Shown here: in pieces, positions 27,422-38,758 of the stretch
Position numbering within the stretch: the stretch's first letter is position 1
Layout: each line of letters starts with the position of its first letter
Assembly: GCA_001821555.1 (NCBI GenBank)
Contig: MHMM01000006.1
Location: 1-53,135, forward strand
Reading direction: 5' to 3'
Source of the DNA: Candidatus Nealsonbacteria bacterium RIFOXYB1_FULL_40_15
Lineage (GTDB): Bacteria; Patescibacteriota; Minisyncoccia; Minisyncoccales; GWA2-38-27
DNA length: 53,135 bases
The notes under the pieces: generated by a model
Seen by the model: only the letters and a program-made list of their open reading frames with translations
Told to the model about the DNA's origin: nothing
The model's database searches: none
Position numbers and translations under genes: made by a program

Positions 27422-27640
27422 TTAAAAATTAGTATCTATATAAAATTGGGCGCTTTCCAAAGCAAATCCTTCTGCTTTTGGCCTATCTTCAAACTTTTCT
27501 GAAAGCCATACAAGGGGGCTCTCCTCTATGTTTTTAGATCCGTCTATCGGAGAAATTTCTGCTCTTGGAACCCATTTCCCTTCTTCGTCTTGATACGCGT
27601 CCGCTTTAATTTGATAACCTTTGTGGTTTATTTCCCGCAT
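27422..27640 (-). CDS. Small hypothetical protein
   Basis: 72-aa ORF in operon orientation; no confident family. Confidence 0.6.
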   Translation of the reverse strand: MREINHKGYQIKADAYQDEEGKWVPRAEISPIDGSKNIEESPLVWLSEKFEDRPKAEGFALESAQFYIDTNF

Positions 27641-27675
27641 AATGCAAGTTTAAACCATGAAAAGTTAACAAATCA

Positions 27676-28146
27676 TTAAATCCTTCTTAACAAAAAATGG
27701 GCGGCGGTTCCCCCTCCCAAGGCAGTCGCTATCTGAAGCCAGAGCATTGCTGGGGGAAGTCCCGGTTGCCCCACAAAGATTACCATAAAATAGGAGGAAA
27801 TGCAAAGAAACCCAAATTTCGCCAACCCGGCAGGAACAAAACCCCATTTTTTTCCAATAAGACCGAAAGAAACAGCTAAAATGGCATTTGACGCTATAAT
27901 ATACGGGATAAAAGGCGTAAGGGGCGCAAAACCCACGAATCCCGAAACAATGCTCGGCATAAATCCCAAAAGAACTCCGGCCTCAATCCCCAGAAGAGAA
28001 ACCGAAAGGAATAAAACCATATTTACAATAGTCCCGGTTATGAGCTGTATTTTTATAAAAGGAGCTAAAATTGCCATTGATAGAAAAAATAGAAACAAGG
28101 CCGTTTTCGTCCAGACCCTATCAAGAGTTAAAATTGATGACTTCAT
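27676..28146 (-). CDS. ECF S-component-like membrane protein
   Basis: About six TM helices, QLITGTIVNMVL, PFIPYIIASN; start overlaps the hydA stop. Confidence 0.55.
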   Translation of the reverse strand: MKSSILTLDRVWTKTALFLFFLSMAILAPFIKIQLITGTIVNMVLFLSVSLLGIEAGVLLGFMPSIVSGFVGFAPLTPFIPYIIASNAILAVSFGLIGKKWGFVPAGLAKFGFLCISSYFMVIFVGQPGLPPAMLWLQIATALGGGTAAHFLLRRI

Positions 28147-29831
28147 ATTATCTTATTTTTATTCTTAAATTCTTTATCATGATAAGTATGGAAGATTTTT
28201 CTGCTTAAATTTTCCTTTAAGATTTCTTTTACGATCGGATTTTCATGGGCTCTTCTGATCTTTTTATGCCGATCTAGAGAATAAAGCGATTCTGATCTTT
28301 TTTGCCTTATCCGATCATTTACCGGCATCGGCTGGCCTCCCCCGCCTATGCATCCTCCAGGACAAGCCATAACTTCTATGCAGGTATATTCTAATGCTTT
28401 ATTAAGAATTTCTTTCACGTTTCCCAATCCTGACACAACGGCTATTTTCTTAATATCTTTGCCTATTTTAATCTCCGCTTCTTTTATCCCTTTCAATCCC
28501 CTTGCTTTTATAAAGTTTACGTCTTTTAATTTTTTTCCCGAAAGCTTTTCGTATGCTGTTCTAAAAGCCGATTCCATAACTCCGCCGGAAGCTCCGTAAA
28601 TAATTCCGGCTCCCGAAGGATCCCCAAAAACATTATCAGCTTTTTTGGGCTTGAGGTTTTTGAAATCTATCTTTTTTGATTTTACCAGTCTTGAAAATTC
28701 TCTGGCAGTTAAAACATAATCAACGGGCTTAAACCCTTTTATTTTAAGCCTTGGTTTTAATATTTCATATTTCTTGGCGACACACGGCATTATTGAAATA
28801 ACTATTATGTCTTTAGGGCTTATTTTATTCTTTTCGGCCCAATATGTTTTTATAAGCCCTCCTAAAATAATATGAGGAGATCTTGCGGTAGAAAGATTCT
28901 TGATCAGCTTGGGATAATGAAGTTCCACATACCTGACCCAGGCAGGACAGCACGAGGTGAGAACTGGCAAATTTTTGTTCTTTTTAATCCTTTCTACCAC
29001 CTCTTTTGCCTCAAAAACTGTAGTGAAATCTGCTCCGACTGAAATATCAAAAACCTTATCAGCCCCCAACTTTTTGAGAGCTGAAACTATCTTACCCGTA
29101 ACAACTGATCCTTCTTTCATCCCGAATTCTTCTCCTATGCTGGATCTTACTGCGGGAGCAAACTGAAAGATAATCTTTTTGCTTTTGTTTTTTAATGGCT
29201 CTTCTATTTCTTCAAATTCCCCCTTTGCTTCAAATGCCCCTGCCGGGCAATGCGTTATGCACTGGCCACAATAAATACAATCAACATTCCACTTAGAAGA
29301 GGGGGAAACCTGGTTGAAGCTTTTGTTATTTTTCTTTTCCAAGAAGCCCACCCCCTGCATCTTGCAAACTTCAATGCAGTTTCCGCAGTCTATGCATTTT
29401 GAACTGTCAAATTGGATAATCTGTCCAAACTGATAAACAGGAAATTTCTGTTTTCTGTCTTTAAATTTATTTATTCTGACTTTGTTTTCTTCGGCTATTT
29501 TGAGAAGATCGCATGCCCCGTTCCAGACGCAGTCATGGCATTCTTCCGCATGCTGCGCAAAAAGAAGCTCAAGATTGGTTTTTCTTGCTCTTTTTACTTT
29601 TTCAGAATCAGTGGACACTTTCATCCCCTCCGAAACATTTGTAGAGCAAGCAGGCACAAGCTCTCCTAAAACTTCCACACAGCAGATTCTGCAGTTTGCT
29701 TTTACTTTAAGATCGGAGTGGGAGCAAAGAGCCGGAATATATATTCCGTTTTCTTCGGCTGATTCCAGAATAGTCTTTCCCTCAAAGGTGGGAATCTTTT
29801 TTCCGTTGATTGTTATATTTATCTTTTTCAC
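28143..29831 (-). CDS. hydA: Group A [FeFe] hydrogenase catalytic subunit
   Basis: H-cluster motifs TSCCPAW, MPCVAKKYE, EVMACPGGCIGGGGQP; N-terminal 2Fe-2S, HxxxCxxCxxxxxC and two CxxCxxCxxxC ferredoxin motifs. Confidence 0.92.
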   Translation of the reverse strand: MKKINITINGKKIPTFEGKTILESAEENGIYIPALCSHSDLKVKANCRICCVEVLGELVPACSTNVSEGMKVSTDSEKVKRARKTNLELLFAQHAEECHDCVWNGACDLLKIAEENKVRINKFKDRKQKFPVYQFGQIIQFDSSKCIDCGNCIEVCKMQGVGFLEKKNNKSFNQVSPSSKWNVDCIYCGQCITHCPAGAFEAKGEFEEIEEPLKNKSKKIIFQFAPAVRSSIGEEFGMKEGSVVTGKIVSALKKLGADKVFDISVGADFTTVFEAKEVVERIKKNKNLPVLTSCCPAWVRYVELHYPKLIKNLSTARSPHIILGGLIKTYWAEKNKISPKDIIVISIMPCVAKKYEILKPRLKIKGFKPVDYVLTAREFSRLVKSKKIDFKNLKPKKADNVFGDPSGAGIIYGASGGVMESAFRTAYEKLSGKKLKDVNFIKARGLKGIKEAEIKIGKDIKKIAVVSGLGNVKEILNKALEYTCIEVMACPGGCIGGGGQPMPVNDRIRQKRSESLYSLDRHKKIRRAHENPIVKEILKENLSRKIFHTYHDKEFKNKNKII

Positions 29832-30790
29832 ATCAGCTTATTAATTATATCCCTGAACGGCCCGGGGGCATTTTTCCCCAAGGGGCAGAAAGAAGTATTT
29901 TCCATGGCAAAGAAAATATCTTCCAGGGTTTTTTTATCCAGCTTCTTAGAGCTAATCATTTCTTTTATCCTAAACATCCCTTCTCTGCACGGAGCGCACT
30001 TATCGCAGTTTTCATCAAGCACGAACTGTGCCCACTTTTTCATAAGCTTTATGGGGTTGGTTCTTTTTTTGTCATAAACAATAATACAGCCTAAGCCCTC
30101 TATTTTTTTATCCAGCTCATTTTTAAGCAGGATTTCAGAGCCTGCCCTTGCAAAGAAATCAAATGTAGGATAGTTTTTGGTCTTTTCCAGAATTTCCTTT
30201 ACAGCTGAATCTTTGTCCAGCATGAACACGCCCTTTTTTGGGACTTTTCCTGTTACAGTAAAAAATCTCTCATTCTTATACTCCCCCCTGGCTATTTTCC
30301 CTGCGCAATAAAAGGTTTCTACATTGTTTACAAGAGTAGGACATTCCCAAAGGCCTGATTCTGAAACAAAAGGAGGCCTTTGCCTTGGTTCTATCTCTTT
30401 TCCTTCTATGGCTTGGCAAGCAACTGTTTCCTCCCCTGCCAGATATCCTCCTTTCTTCTTAATAACAGCTATAGGAAGGCCCTTGGCTAACTTCCTTAGC
30501 TTGGGAGCAAAAAACCAATAATAGTCTTTCCTTAAATAGATAAATGCTTCAGAGTTTTTTATTTCCTTCAGGGCCTGTTTTATTCCTTCAACTACATATT
30601 CAGGATAGTATTTCAAAATATGGCCGTCTTTTAAGCTGTAGGGCTCTCCTTCAGATCCATTGCAGATTATATACCTTTTAGAACCCTTGGCCTTTTTTAC
30701 CTTTTCCCATTTTTCAGCCGAAGGATAACAGCATCCAGATCTGCCGAGTATTTTATGCTTTTTCAACCCCTCTATAATGCTCTTTGCCAT
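29828..30790 (-). CDS. Short NuoF/HydB-like flavin subunit
   Basis: LGRSGCCYP..KW, ICNGSEGEP, GGYLAGEET, NNVET, CDKCAPCREG...CPLG. Confidence 0.82.
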   Translation of the reverse strand: MAKSIIEGLKKHKILGRSGCCYPSAEKWEKVKKAKGSKRYIICNGSEGEPYSLKDGHILKYYPEYVVEGIKQALKEIKNSEAFIYLRKDYYWFFAPKLRKLAKGLPIAVIKKKGGYLAGEETVACQAIEGKEIEPRQRPPFVSESGLWECPTLVNNVETFYCAGKIARGEYKNERFFTVTGKVPKKGVFMLDKDSAVKEILEKTKNYPTFDFFARAGSEILLKNELDKKIEGLGCIIVYDKKRTNPIKLMKKWAQFVLDENCDKCAPCREGMFRIKEMISSKKLDKKTLEDIFFAMENTSFCPLGKNAPGPFRDIINKLM

Positions 30791-30846
30791 TAAGATATTT
30801 TACCACAAAATCTTAACAGTCAACTGTGAATAATAAAAGCTCCTCT

Positions 30847-30884
30847 AAAAATGAGCCTGGCTCACATGAGCCAGGCTCATTTTT
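30847..30884. repeat. Perfect palindrome of two ATGAGCC(T/A)GGCTCAT units
   Basis: AAAAATGAGCCTGGCTCA-CA-TGAGCCAGGCTCATTTTT; followed by a second IR AAGTAAGCT...AGCTTACTT. Confidence 0.75.
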
Positions 30885-30918
30885 AAGTAAGCTTAGTTAA
30901 AGTAAGTTTAGCTTACTT

Positions 30919-31530
30919 TTAGGATATCATGGCTTTTATCTTGATGCGGGTGATTTTTTCAAATCTTTCATTCTCGTCTAATTTCGCAGAAATGTATTTT
31001 ATATTCCTCCTTATTTCAGGAATTATGATATATTCTAGGGCATTCACTCTTCTTCTTGTTTTTTCTATTTCAAAAGAAAGAAGTCTTGCTGTATGCTCAA
31101 TATTCGCCAATTCAAGCATCACCCTTGAAGCATCTTTATATTTATTTACGCTCTCTTCCATTCCCATCGGAAAGGAAATATACGAATACCCTTGTTCTTT
31201 TTCTTTTATTTCAAAAGAAAATCTGGGAGTTTTCACACCCATTATGTTTTCTTCTTTGAAAGAAACTTCCGCCTCAACAGTCGGGATAAGAAAAAACTGT
31301 TCAACCTCCTTCTGCATCAAAGGAGATGAAATTATCGCAAAGTTCCGGGAAGCATCCGAAAGCTTTTCTTCCATTTCTTTCCTTTTGGACTTTGCTTCTT
31401 TTATAATCTCCATAAACTTCTTCATCAGGCCATCCCTCTTTTCCTTCAAAAGTTTGTGGCCCCTTAAAGAAGTTTTCAGTTTTCTTTTGAGCTTGATAAG
31501 CTCAATTCTAGTCGGCTTTATTTTTTGCAT
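30919..31530 (-). CDS. ntpD: V-type ATPase subunit D
   Basis: [30 protein letters not shown]. Confidence 0.95.
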   Translation of the reverse strand: MQKIKPTRIELIKLKRKLKTSLRGHKLLKEKRDGLMKKFMEIIKEAKSKRKEMEEKLSDASRNFAIISSPLMQKEVEQFFLIPTVEAEVSFKEENIMGVKTPRFSFEIKEKEQGYSYISFPMGMEESVNKYKDASRVMLELANIEHTARLLSFEIEKTRRRVNALEYIIIPEIRRNIKYISAKLDENERFEKITRIKIKAMIS

Positions 31531-32884
31531 ACTTTGCGATATGTTCTTCTTTGACTCTTTTCATTTCCTCTTTGGGCAGGATAGAAATAAGCTCCCATCC
31601 TAAAATAAGAGTTTCTTCTATGGATCTGTCTTCTAAATATCCTTGGGAAACAAATCTTTTTTCAAATTCATCCGCAAATTTCAGATATTTCCTGTCCACT
31701 TCGGTTAGGGCTGATTCCCCCAAAACCAAAGCAAGCTCTCTCACCTCCCTGCCTCTTGCATAAAAAGCGAAAAGCTGGTTTAAAACCCCGGAATGGTCTT
31801 CTCTTGTTTTTCCCTCGCCTATTCCTTTATCTTTGAGTCTGGATAAAGAAGGAAGAACATCCACGGGAGGATATATCCCTTTGTTGTGGATTTCTCTGGA
31901 CAAAAGTATCTGGCCCTCTGTGATATATCCCGAAAGATCTGGTATGGGATGCGTAATATCGTCATCGGGCATTGTTAATATTGGAATCTGGGTAATTGAT
32001 CCTTTTTTATTCTTTATCTTCCCCGCTCTTTCGTAAAGAGTGGAAAGATCGGTATAGAGATAACCAGGATATCCTCTTCTCCCCGGAACTTCTTTTCTGG
32101 AAGCCGAAACTTCTCTCAATGCTTCGCAGTAATTTGTCATGTCGGTAAGAATCACAAGAACATGCATGTCTTTTTCAAAGGCCAAAAATTCAGCCGCAGT
32201 CAATGCTATTCTGGGCAAAGTGATTCTTTCTATAACAGGGTCGTCCGCCAGATTTATAAACAAAACTGATTTTGACAACACTTTTGTTTTTCTGAATTCT
32301 GAAATAAAGAATTCTGCCTCCTCAAAAGTTATTCCCATCGCCCCGAAAACAATAGAAAATTTCTCTCCCCCCCTAACCTTGGCCTGCCTTGCAATTTGAG
32401 AGGCGAGCTTGGAATGAGGAAGTCCTGCTCCGGAAAATATTGGAAGTTTTTGGCCCCTCACCAAAGTATTTAATCCGTCTATTGTAGACACTCCCGTCTG
32501 GATAAAATCTTCAGGATACTCTCTGGCATAAGGATTAATAGGAGACCCGTTAATATCAAGGTATTTTTCTACAATTACTTCCGGCCCTCCGTCTTTCGGC
32601 TCTCCGGCCCCGTCAAATATTCTGCCCAAGACATCCGAGGACAATCCGAACTTCATTGTTCTGCCCAAAAACTTTGCCTTGGAGTTTTTTAAATTCATCC
32701 CGCGGGTGTCTTCAAATACCTGCACCACAGCTCTGTTTTTTGCGGCCTCCAAAACCTTGCCCCTCTTTATGGATCCGTCTTGAGTCTCTATCTCAACCAA
32801 CTCGTCGTATTTGACTCCTTCCCCCCCGTCCACCACCAGCAAGGGTCCGGCCGATTCTGTTATTGTCTTATATATCTTAAGCAT
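31508..32884 (-). CDS. ntpB: V-type ATPase subunit B
   Basis: [40 protein letters not shown]. Confidence 0.96.
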   Translation of the reverse strand: MLKIYKTITESAGPLLVVDGGEGVKYDELVEIETQDGSIKRGKVLEAAKNRAVVQVFEDTRGMNLKNSKAKFLGRTMKFGLSSDVLGRIFDGAGEPKDGGPEVIVEKYLDINGSPINPYAREYPEDFIQTGVSTIDGLNTLVRGQKLPIFSGAGLPHSKLASQIARQAKVRGGEKFSIVFGAMGITFEEAEFFISEFRKTKVLSKSVLFINLADDPVIERITLPRIALTAAEFLAFEKDMHVLVILTDMTNYCEALREVSASRKEVPGRRGYPGYLYTDLSTLYERAGKIKNKKGSITQIPILTMPDDDITHPIPDLSGYITEGQILLSREIHNKGIYPPVDVLPSLSRLKDKGIGEGKTREDHSGVLNQLFAFYARGREVRELALVLGESALTEVDRKYLKFADEFEKRFVSQGYLEDRSIEETLILGWELISILPKEEMKRVKEEHIAKYAKNKAD

Positions 32885-32885
32885 T

Positions 32886-34595
32886 TTACTTTATTAAATT
32901 AAATTGTTCTAAATTATCCTCTTTCACAAGCTTCATTTTAGAAACCTTTTCTTTTAAGGCACGGCCTAGAATATCTGCTATTTTCTTTCCCTGCTCTATT
33001 TCTTTCAATCCGGATTCATATATTTCTATAATAGTTTTTATCATGAAATACTGTTTTTTCAGAGAAGTAAAAGAATCTACGTCCAAAAATGCGTTTTGAT
33101 GCAAGAAGTCCTCTCTGATGATTTTGGCTATTTCAAGAAGGAACTGGTCTTTTAAAGACAATGCGTCCACTCCAACCAGTCTCACTATTTCTTCAAGAGC
33201 AGATTCTTTCTGGAGTATTCCCATAGCTTTGGCTCTGTAATCATTAAATCCAGAGCCCCCTTCTTTCTCCAAAAACTCTCCGATATTCTGATCGTACAAA
33301 GAGTAAGAATTAAGCCAGTTTATCGCCGGAAAATGCCTCTTATAAGCAAGAGAGGAGTCCAGGGCCCAAAATACCTTAGTGACTCTTAGCGTATTCTGGG
33401 TGACCGGCTCTGATAAATCCCCTCCCGGAGGAGAAACCGCTCCCACAACAGTGAGATATCCCTTTCTATCGTCAGAACCCTGGCATTTGAAGCATCCTGC
33501 TCTTTCATAAAAAGCTGCTGTTCTGGATCCTAGGTAAGCAGGATATCCTTCGTCTCCGGGCATCTCTTCCAAACGGCCCGAAATTTCTCTTAAGGCTTCC
33601 GCCCATCTGGAAGTGGAATCAGCAAGCAACGCTACCGAATAGCCCATATCTCTAAAGTATTCGGCTATGGTTATCCCTGTATATATGGAGGCCTCTCTGG
33701 CGGCAACCGGCATATTTGAAGTATTTGCTATTAAAACCGTTCTTTCCATTAGGGGCCTGCCTGTTTTGGGATCTTTGATTTCGGGAAACTCGGTCAAAAG
33801 ATCTGTCATCTCATTTCCCCTCTCCCCGCATCCGATGAAAATTATAACGTCAGCATCGGACCATTTGGCAAATTGATGCTGGACAACCGTTTTTCCGGAG
33901 CCGAAAGGCCCGGGAACGCATCCTGTTCCTCCTTTTGCCACGGGGAAAAATGTATCTATGACTCTCTGCCCGGTTATAAGAGCAGTGCTGGGAATTAATT
34001 TCTCTTTGACCGGCCTGGGATCTCTGATAGGCCATTTATGCGACATCTTTATCTCCTCTTCCCCTGCCTTGGCAATAACATCTTCAATAGTATAGTTTCC
34101 GGCTTTAGCGATAAAAGACAATTTCTCTCCTTTTAAATACGGGGGAGCCATTATCTTATGCAGAAAGTTCGGAGTTTCCTCTACCGTTCCCAAAATATCT
34201 CCCGGAACTATTTTATCCCCCTCCTTTTTTGAAGGAACAAACTTCCACTTCTTATCAGGATCCAAAGCTCTTGCCTCAATTCCACGCCCAATAAAAGCTC
34301 CTGATTTTTCCATAAGACTTTTTAACGGCCTCTGTATGCCATCGTAAATCCCCGAAAGAAGACCCGGGCCAAGCTCTACAGCCAATGGCTGGCCTGTTAG
34401 AAAGACTGGCTCTCCGGGGCCTACCCCGGAAGTATCTTCATAAACCTGGATAAAGACTTCTTCTCCCTGGATTCTTATTACCTCTCCTATTATTTTATCT
34501 TCCCCCACCTTGACCACTTCGTACATTTTAACATCTTCAAGCCCTTCAGCTACAACTAGAGGGCCTGTGACTTTCTTGATTTTTCCTTTTTCCAT
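32886..34595 (-). CDS. ntpA: V-type ATPase subunit A
   Basis: Walker [34 protein letters not shown]; no intein. Confidence 0.96.
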   Translation of the reverse strand: MEKGKIKKVTGPLVVAEGLEDVKMYEVVKVGEDKIIGEVIRIQGEEVFIQVYEDTSGVGPGEPVFLTGQPLAVELGPGLLSGIYDGIQRPLKSLMEKSGAFIGRGIEARALDPDKKWKFVPSKKEGDKIVPGDILGTVEETPNFLHKIMAPPYLKGEKLSFIAKAGNYTIEDVIAKAGEEEIKMSHKWPIRDPRPVKEKLIPSTALITGQRVIDTFFPVAKGGTGCVPGPFGSGKTVVQHQFAKWSDADVIIFIGCGERGNEMTDLLTEFPEIKDPKTGRPLMERTVLIANTSNMPVAAREASIYTGITIAEYFRDMGYSVALLADSTSRWAEALREISGRLEEMPGDEGYPAYLGSRTAAFYERAGCFKCQGSDDRKGYLTVVGAVSPPGGDLSEPVTQNTLRVTKVFWALDSSLAYKRHFPAINWLNSYSLYDQNIGEFLEKEGGSGFNDYRAKAMGILQKESALEEIVRLVGVDALSLKDQFLLEIAKIIREDFLHQNAFLDVDSFTSLKKQYFMIKTIIEIYESGLKEIEQGKKIADILGRALKEKVSKMKLVKEDNLEQFNLIK

Positions 34596-34599
34596 AATT

Positions 34600-34905
34600 T
34601 TATATGTTTAATTCAGAGCCAAGCGCTCTTTCTATTATTTTTTTGAGACTGTTTTTTCCCGCTTCAGAGGACTTTTTAGCCCCTGGAATTATTAAAACTG
34701 CGGGAAGGGTTCTTGAATAAAGATCTTCAACTTCTTTTTGATATTTTTCTTGTATGTCTTCTGTTATAAAAATTATTGCGTATTCCTCCAATCTGGACTT
34801 TATCTTCCTGAATTCTTCTTCGGTATCCACACCCAAGGCATCCACGCCCAAAGAATTAAAGATAAGTATTGACTTCTTTTCTCCTATAACTCCTATCTTT
34901 TTCAT
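34600..34905 (-). CDS. ntpF: V-type ATPase subunit F
   Basis: KIGVIGE, AIIFITE, LIIPG, IERALG; operon position. Confidence 0.88.
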   Translation of the reverse strand: MKKIGVIGEKKSILIFNSLGVDALGVDTEEEFRKIKSRLEEYAIIFITEDIQEKYQKEVEDLYSRTLPAVLIIPGAKKSSEAGKNSLKKIIERALGSELNI

Positions 34906-35816
34906 AAAGGAAGAAGGTTCTGTTTAACCTCGTCTATGGACAAACCCGACTCTTTTGAAAATAAAATCAGCCTGATATTGGAATAACAGTTCATTTTTTT
35001 ATAAAAATAAGCTATTATTTTATCCAACCCCGATCCTCTCTCGGCTTCTGCCTCAAAAACCTTGCCTGCGATATAAGAATCAAGCTCTTTCTCCAGCTTA
35101 GATTCTGATCTGTGATTTTTATATCTTTTTAAGATAAGCTCCAAATCAAACATCTCCAAGAATTTATCCACATTGCTCTCTCCGATTTCTTTTCCTATGT
35201 CCAGTATGCCCTTGATTTCGTCTTCCGAAAAATTGCCTCCTTTTAAAAAGGTCTTTTCTTTTTTGATTTTATTTTTTATATTCGCCACGTCTATTTCCAG
35301 CATTGCTGTTTCCAAGGCCAACCCGCCTATTTTTTTTGCAAGATCCATCTTTGTTTCCAAATAAGCTATGTCAACGGAAGATTCTATAGAAAATAAGTCG
35401 GTTTTTCCGTTCAGCATCAAAACAGCTTTTTGAAAAAGCTTTTCTGAAAAAGGGTTTTTGAATTCTCTTTTTTTAAACTGATCTTCCGAAGCAATCGCGC
35501 ATTTGAAAAATATATCGGTTTTTCCTTTCAGCGCAATTTTTAGGTTCAGGGCGTCAAATTTCAGAAATAAAAAATAGGAAATAAATTCATTCTCATCTCT
35601 AGAAATCTGGTCTACGAGGCCATTAAGAATCAAAAGATCTTTTTCTATTATTTTTTCAATATCTTTTTCATCCAAAGCCGTTTGGCCCATATCGGTGTCA
35701 AAGAGAACCTTAAAGGCCTCTTCTTTTGACGGAGAGTTTAACATCCTTTCCTGGTCGGTTTTATCAAATATATTCTTTTCTTTTACGTCCAATACCCCAA
35801 TAGCATATTCAAGCAT
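34902..35816 (-). CDS. ntpC: V-type ATPase subunit C (AC39/d-like)
   Basis: ERML..SKEEAFKVL.DT, LKFDALNLKIALK, NIRLIL; operon position. Confidence 0.8.
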   Translation of the reverse strand: MLEYAIGVLDVKEKNIFDKTDQERMLNSPSKEEAFKVLFDTDMGQTALDEKDIEKIIEKDLLILNGLVDQISRDENEFISYFLFLKFDALNLKIALKGKTDIFFKCAIASEDQFKKREFKNPFSEKLFQKAVLMLNGKTDLFSIESSVDIAYLETKMDLAKKIGGLALETAMLEIDVANIKNKIKKEKTFLKGGNFSEDEIKGILDIGKEIGESNVDKFLEMFDLELILKRYKNHRSESKLEKELDSYIAGKVFEAEAERGSGLDKIIAYFYKKMNCYSNIRLILFSKESGLSIDEVKQNLLPL

Positions 35817-35820
35817 ATTT

Positions 35821-36375
35821 TCAGGAAAAAATTATCTTGACTATTTCCGGATCCGCCTTTTGTCTTATAAATTTCAAGATGCCGGAGATCCTGAAATCAA
35901 ATTCTACGCTTTCACCGATAACCACAAATCCTTCTTCTCCCAGGCCGGCATCCACAGGAACATTTTTGGCCAGTTTCTTAAGAATGGGGGCCGTTTTTTT
36001 GCCGGCTGATATTTTCATAGACTTTAATTCGGGAACCTTTTTGAACAGAGCTGAAATTACGGCCTCAAATTCTTTGTCCGAGAAAGACAGTAATTTATCT
36101 TCGGCTTTTTTGTAGGCCTCTGACAATATCTCTCTTTTTGCTTTTTGAAAAGCAAAGCCTGCTTCGGATCTTTTTCTGGCCTCAAAGTCATCAAGAATGC
36201 TTGAGAATCTCTTTTCTAAGGATTTTCTTTTTTCCTCTTTTGCTATCTTGAGATCCAACTCAAAATCTCTTTCAGCTCCTCTGATTTCCTGCTCTTTGTT
36301 TTTTTCAATCTCTCTAAGCTCCAACTCCGCTCTTTCTTCTATGTTTTTTATTATCTCTCTTACCATTTTATACAA
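35821..36375 (-). CDS. ntpE: V-type ATPase subunit E
   Basis: N-terminal coiled coil, C-terminal globular domain with G..GF; operon position. Confidence 0.72.
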   Translation of the reverse strand: MYKMVREIIKNIEERAELELREIEKNKEQEIRGAERDFELDLKIAKEEKRKSLEKRFSSILDDFEARKRSEAGFAFQKAKREILSEAYKKAEDKLLSFSDKEFEAVISALFKKVPELKSMKISAGKKTAPILKKLAKNVPVDAGLGEEGFVVIGESVEFDFRISGILKFIRQKADPEIVKIIFS

Positions 36376-36841
36376 TATTAATTCCCTGTATTAGAAGAAT
36401 TGTTGCAAGCAAACCCAAAACCGCATATGTCTCCACCATAGCCGCCAAAATAACTCCCTTTCCTGATTCCTGCGGTCTTTTTGCCACTATGTTCATTCCT
36501 GAAACCGAAACCATGCCCTGGAAAATTCCGGAAGCCAATCCCCCTATGGCAATAGGAAGGCATGCAAAACATATGGCTAATCCCGTTTGCCAGGAAATAA
36601 AAGGAATCTGGCCGGAAAGAAGCCCTAGTTTTAAAATAACCCAGAATGCTCCAATAAACCCGTAGATACCCTGGGTTGAAGGCAATGCCTGTAAGAGCAA
36701 AAGCTTTCCGAACTTTTCAGGTTCTTCTGAAACTATGCCAGAAGCCGCTCTTCCGGCTTTTCCTACCCCTATTACAGAACCTACTCCTGCCAGAGAAACC
36801 GACAGGACAGCTCCTAAAACTGATAAAGCTAATCCCAACAT
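36368..36841 (-). CDS. ntpK: V-type ATPase rotor subunit K (4 TM), Na+-type
   Basis: LPSTQGIYG, GIFQG, AMVETYAVLG. Confidence 0.92.
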   Translation of the reverse strand: MLGLALSVLGAVLSVSLAGVGSVIGVGKAGRAASGIVSEEPEKFGKLLLLQALPSTQGIYGFIGAFWVILKLGLLSGQIPFISWQTGLAICFACLPIAIGGLASGIFQGMVSVSGMNIVAKRPQESGKGVILAAMVETYAVLGLLATILLIQGINIV

Positions 36842-36880
36842 TTTTTTGTGCCGGCAATCCTATTAAGACTGACTGGCAAA

Positions 36881-38758
36881 TTAATTTATTTCTATATACT
36901 TTAAATCGGGCCCCAGGGGTTTTAGTCTTCTCCCCCCTCCTTCAAGGAACTTAGGGAAAAACTCCACAAACTGAAGACGGGCGGAATGAATAAATCCACC
37001 CAGGGCGTTTATGCCTAAATTAAAAATGTGGCCTCCTACTAATATCAAAGCCGCCACAATCCAGCCAAAATAAGGAATCATATCTTTAAAAAGAAATGCT
37101 ATCTGGTTGACTATCAGAGCTATTACCCCTGTTCCCAGGCCCAGAGCCATAAGTCTGGAATATGACAATATATCAGAGGCGGTTCCTATCATTCCCTGCA
37201 AAATCTTAATGGCGCCTATCAATGGCCTTAAGAATATCTTTTGCCCTCTTGATTCTTCCCACAAAAGAAAAGCCAGAGACGAGAAAATAAATATAGGAGC
37301 TATAACCCCGAGAAAGGCGAACTTAAAAGATAAAACATAGAGCCCGAAAGAAAGATAGAGGAGGATCCAAGAAATTCCTCCTAAGATAGAATCTGCGTCC
37401 TTAAATTTCAGCCCCTTTATTATTTTAACTATCTGCGAAAAGCATATCTGGATATATCCCAGAGCAAAAGAAACGCCCATAAAAAGAACCGTGTCTTTTA
37501 TAGGATCTATTACTTTTAATCTTTCCATAAAAGAAATCCTCAAAGAAGAGGGGCTTGTTCCAAAATAACTTCCGAAGAGAACCCCCATTACAAAGGTAGA
37601 TATCCCCCCATAAAAGAGAAGTTTTAAAAGCTTGTTTTTCCCAAACCTCTTTTTAAAAAATAACAGAGGGATAAGGGAAAAAATAGCCAGCATCAGTCCG
37701 TATGCGGCATCCGTTATGCAGATCCCAAAGTAAATTATAAAGAAAAAGGCAAGATAGGGCGTAGGGTCAATCTCATTTTCAGCAGGAAGGCCGAAAATAT
37801 CCGTAACCGATTGGAATGGAGCTATCCATCTGTTATTCTCAATCGCAACGGGAGGCTTGTCCTGTTCTTCCAGCTTAAGATCGGCTATCCTTATATCCCT
37901 TGAAATCCTTGCGCATTTTAATTCAAGCTCTTTTTTTTCTTTTTCTAGCGCCCAAAAAATCATATAGTTTAAAATTCCGGTTTTTCCTGTTTTTCTTCCC
38001 GCCTCCGCCTGTCTTCTTTCAAGGCAAAGAACATCATGATATATTTTGAAATCGTTATAAGAGAGAGCTATTTTGGCTATTTCTTTCTTTATTTCATCCT
38101 CTCTTTTTTTTATCTTTCTTATTTCCTCAAGGCATTTTTTCTTCTGCAAAGAAGGAATTTCTGGAAATCTATAATCTACAATCTCTCCCCTGCTTTCTTC
38201 TATGAATTTAAGAAAGTCTTGTTCTTTTTCTTTCAGCAAAAAAGCTTTATAAAAAAGCGCGTTGATAGGTTTGATATAAAATTTAGATTCGCTCACTTTT
38301 TTTTCTTCCAGCTTTAAAATAAAAGAACGGGAAAATTCGGTTTCCCGGGGAATAAAATCAAGTCCCTCAAACATTTCAATCTCTTTCAAGTCGGAGTTGT
38401 GATTTTTAAGTTCTTTGTTTTGAGAACTTAGCTCTTTCTCAAGCTCTATGACTTTCTGGACCATTTCATTGAGCTTGCCAGGATTCTTGAATTTAGCCAC
38501 ATCCTCTTTTTTTACTTGGATTTTAGGATTGTTCAATTTGTAAATAAAGGACTCTTTTTTTGCGAAAGACGAAAGAAAATTTACCGCAAAACTGGCAGAG
38601 GATATCAGATAGTCTATATTCTGAATATTCTCGTCAGTCCCTTCCTTTTGGAAATTAGATTCTATTTCAATGCCTTCAGAATCTTTTATCAAATCTAAAA
38701 CGCTCTCTTCTTTGTCTTTTGGAAATGCTATTATGTATTTTTTTGCAACCTTAAGCAT
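36881..38758 (-). CDS. ntpI: V-type ATPase subunit I
   Basis: EIDPTP, DAAYG, essential Arg in LSYSRLMALGL, HSARLQFVEFF. Confidence 0.93.
   Translation of the reverse strand: MLKVAKKYIIAFPKDKEESVLDLIKDSEGIEIESNFQKEGTDENIQNIDYLISSASFAVNFLSSFAKKESFIYKLNNPKIQVKKEDVAKFKNPGKLNEMVQKVIELEKELSSQNKELKNHNSDLKEIEMFEGLDFIPRETEFSRSFILKLEEKKVSESKFYIKPINALFYKAFLLKEKEQDFLKFIEESRGEIVDYRFPEIPSLQKKKCLEEIRKIKKREDEIKKEIAKIALSYNDFKIYHDVLCLERRQAEAGRKTGKTGILNYMIFWALEKEKKELELKCARISRDIRIADLKLEEQDKPPVAIENNRWIAPFQSVTDIFGLPAENEIDPTPYLAFFFIIYFGICITDAAYGLMLAIFSLIPLLFFKKRFGKNKLLKLLFYGGISTFVMGVLFGSYFGTSPSSLRISFMERLKVIDPIKDTVLFMGVSFALGYIQICFSQIVKIIKGLKFKDADSILGGISWILLYLSFGLYVLSFKFAFLGVIAPIFIFSSLAFLLWEESRGQKIFLRPLIGAIKILQGMIGTASDILSYSRLMALGLGTGVIALIVNQIAFLFKDMIPYFGWIVAALILVGGHIFNLGINALGGFIHSARLQFVEFFPKFLEGGGRRLKPLGPDLKYIEIN

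Noticed and set aside
32886-34595. Intein in V-ATPase subunit A
   Set aside because: The 569-aa length and contiguous motifs leave no room for an insertion
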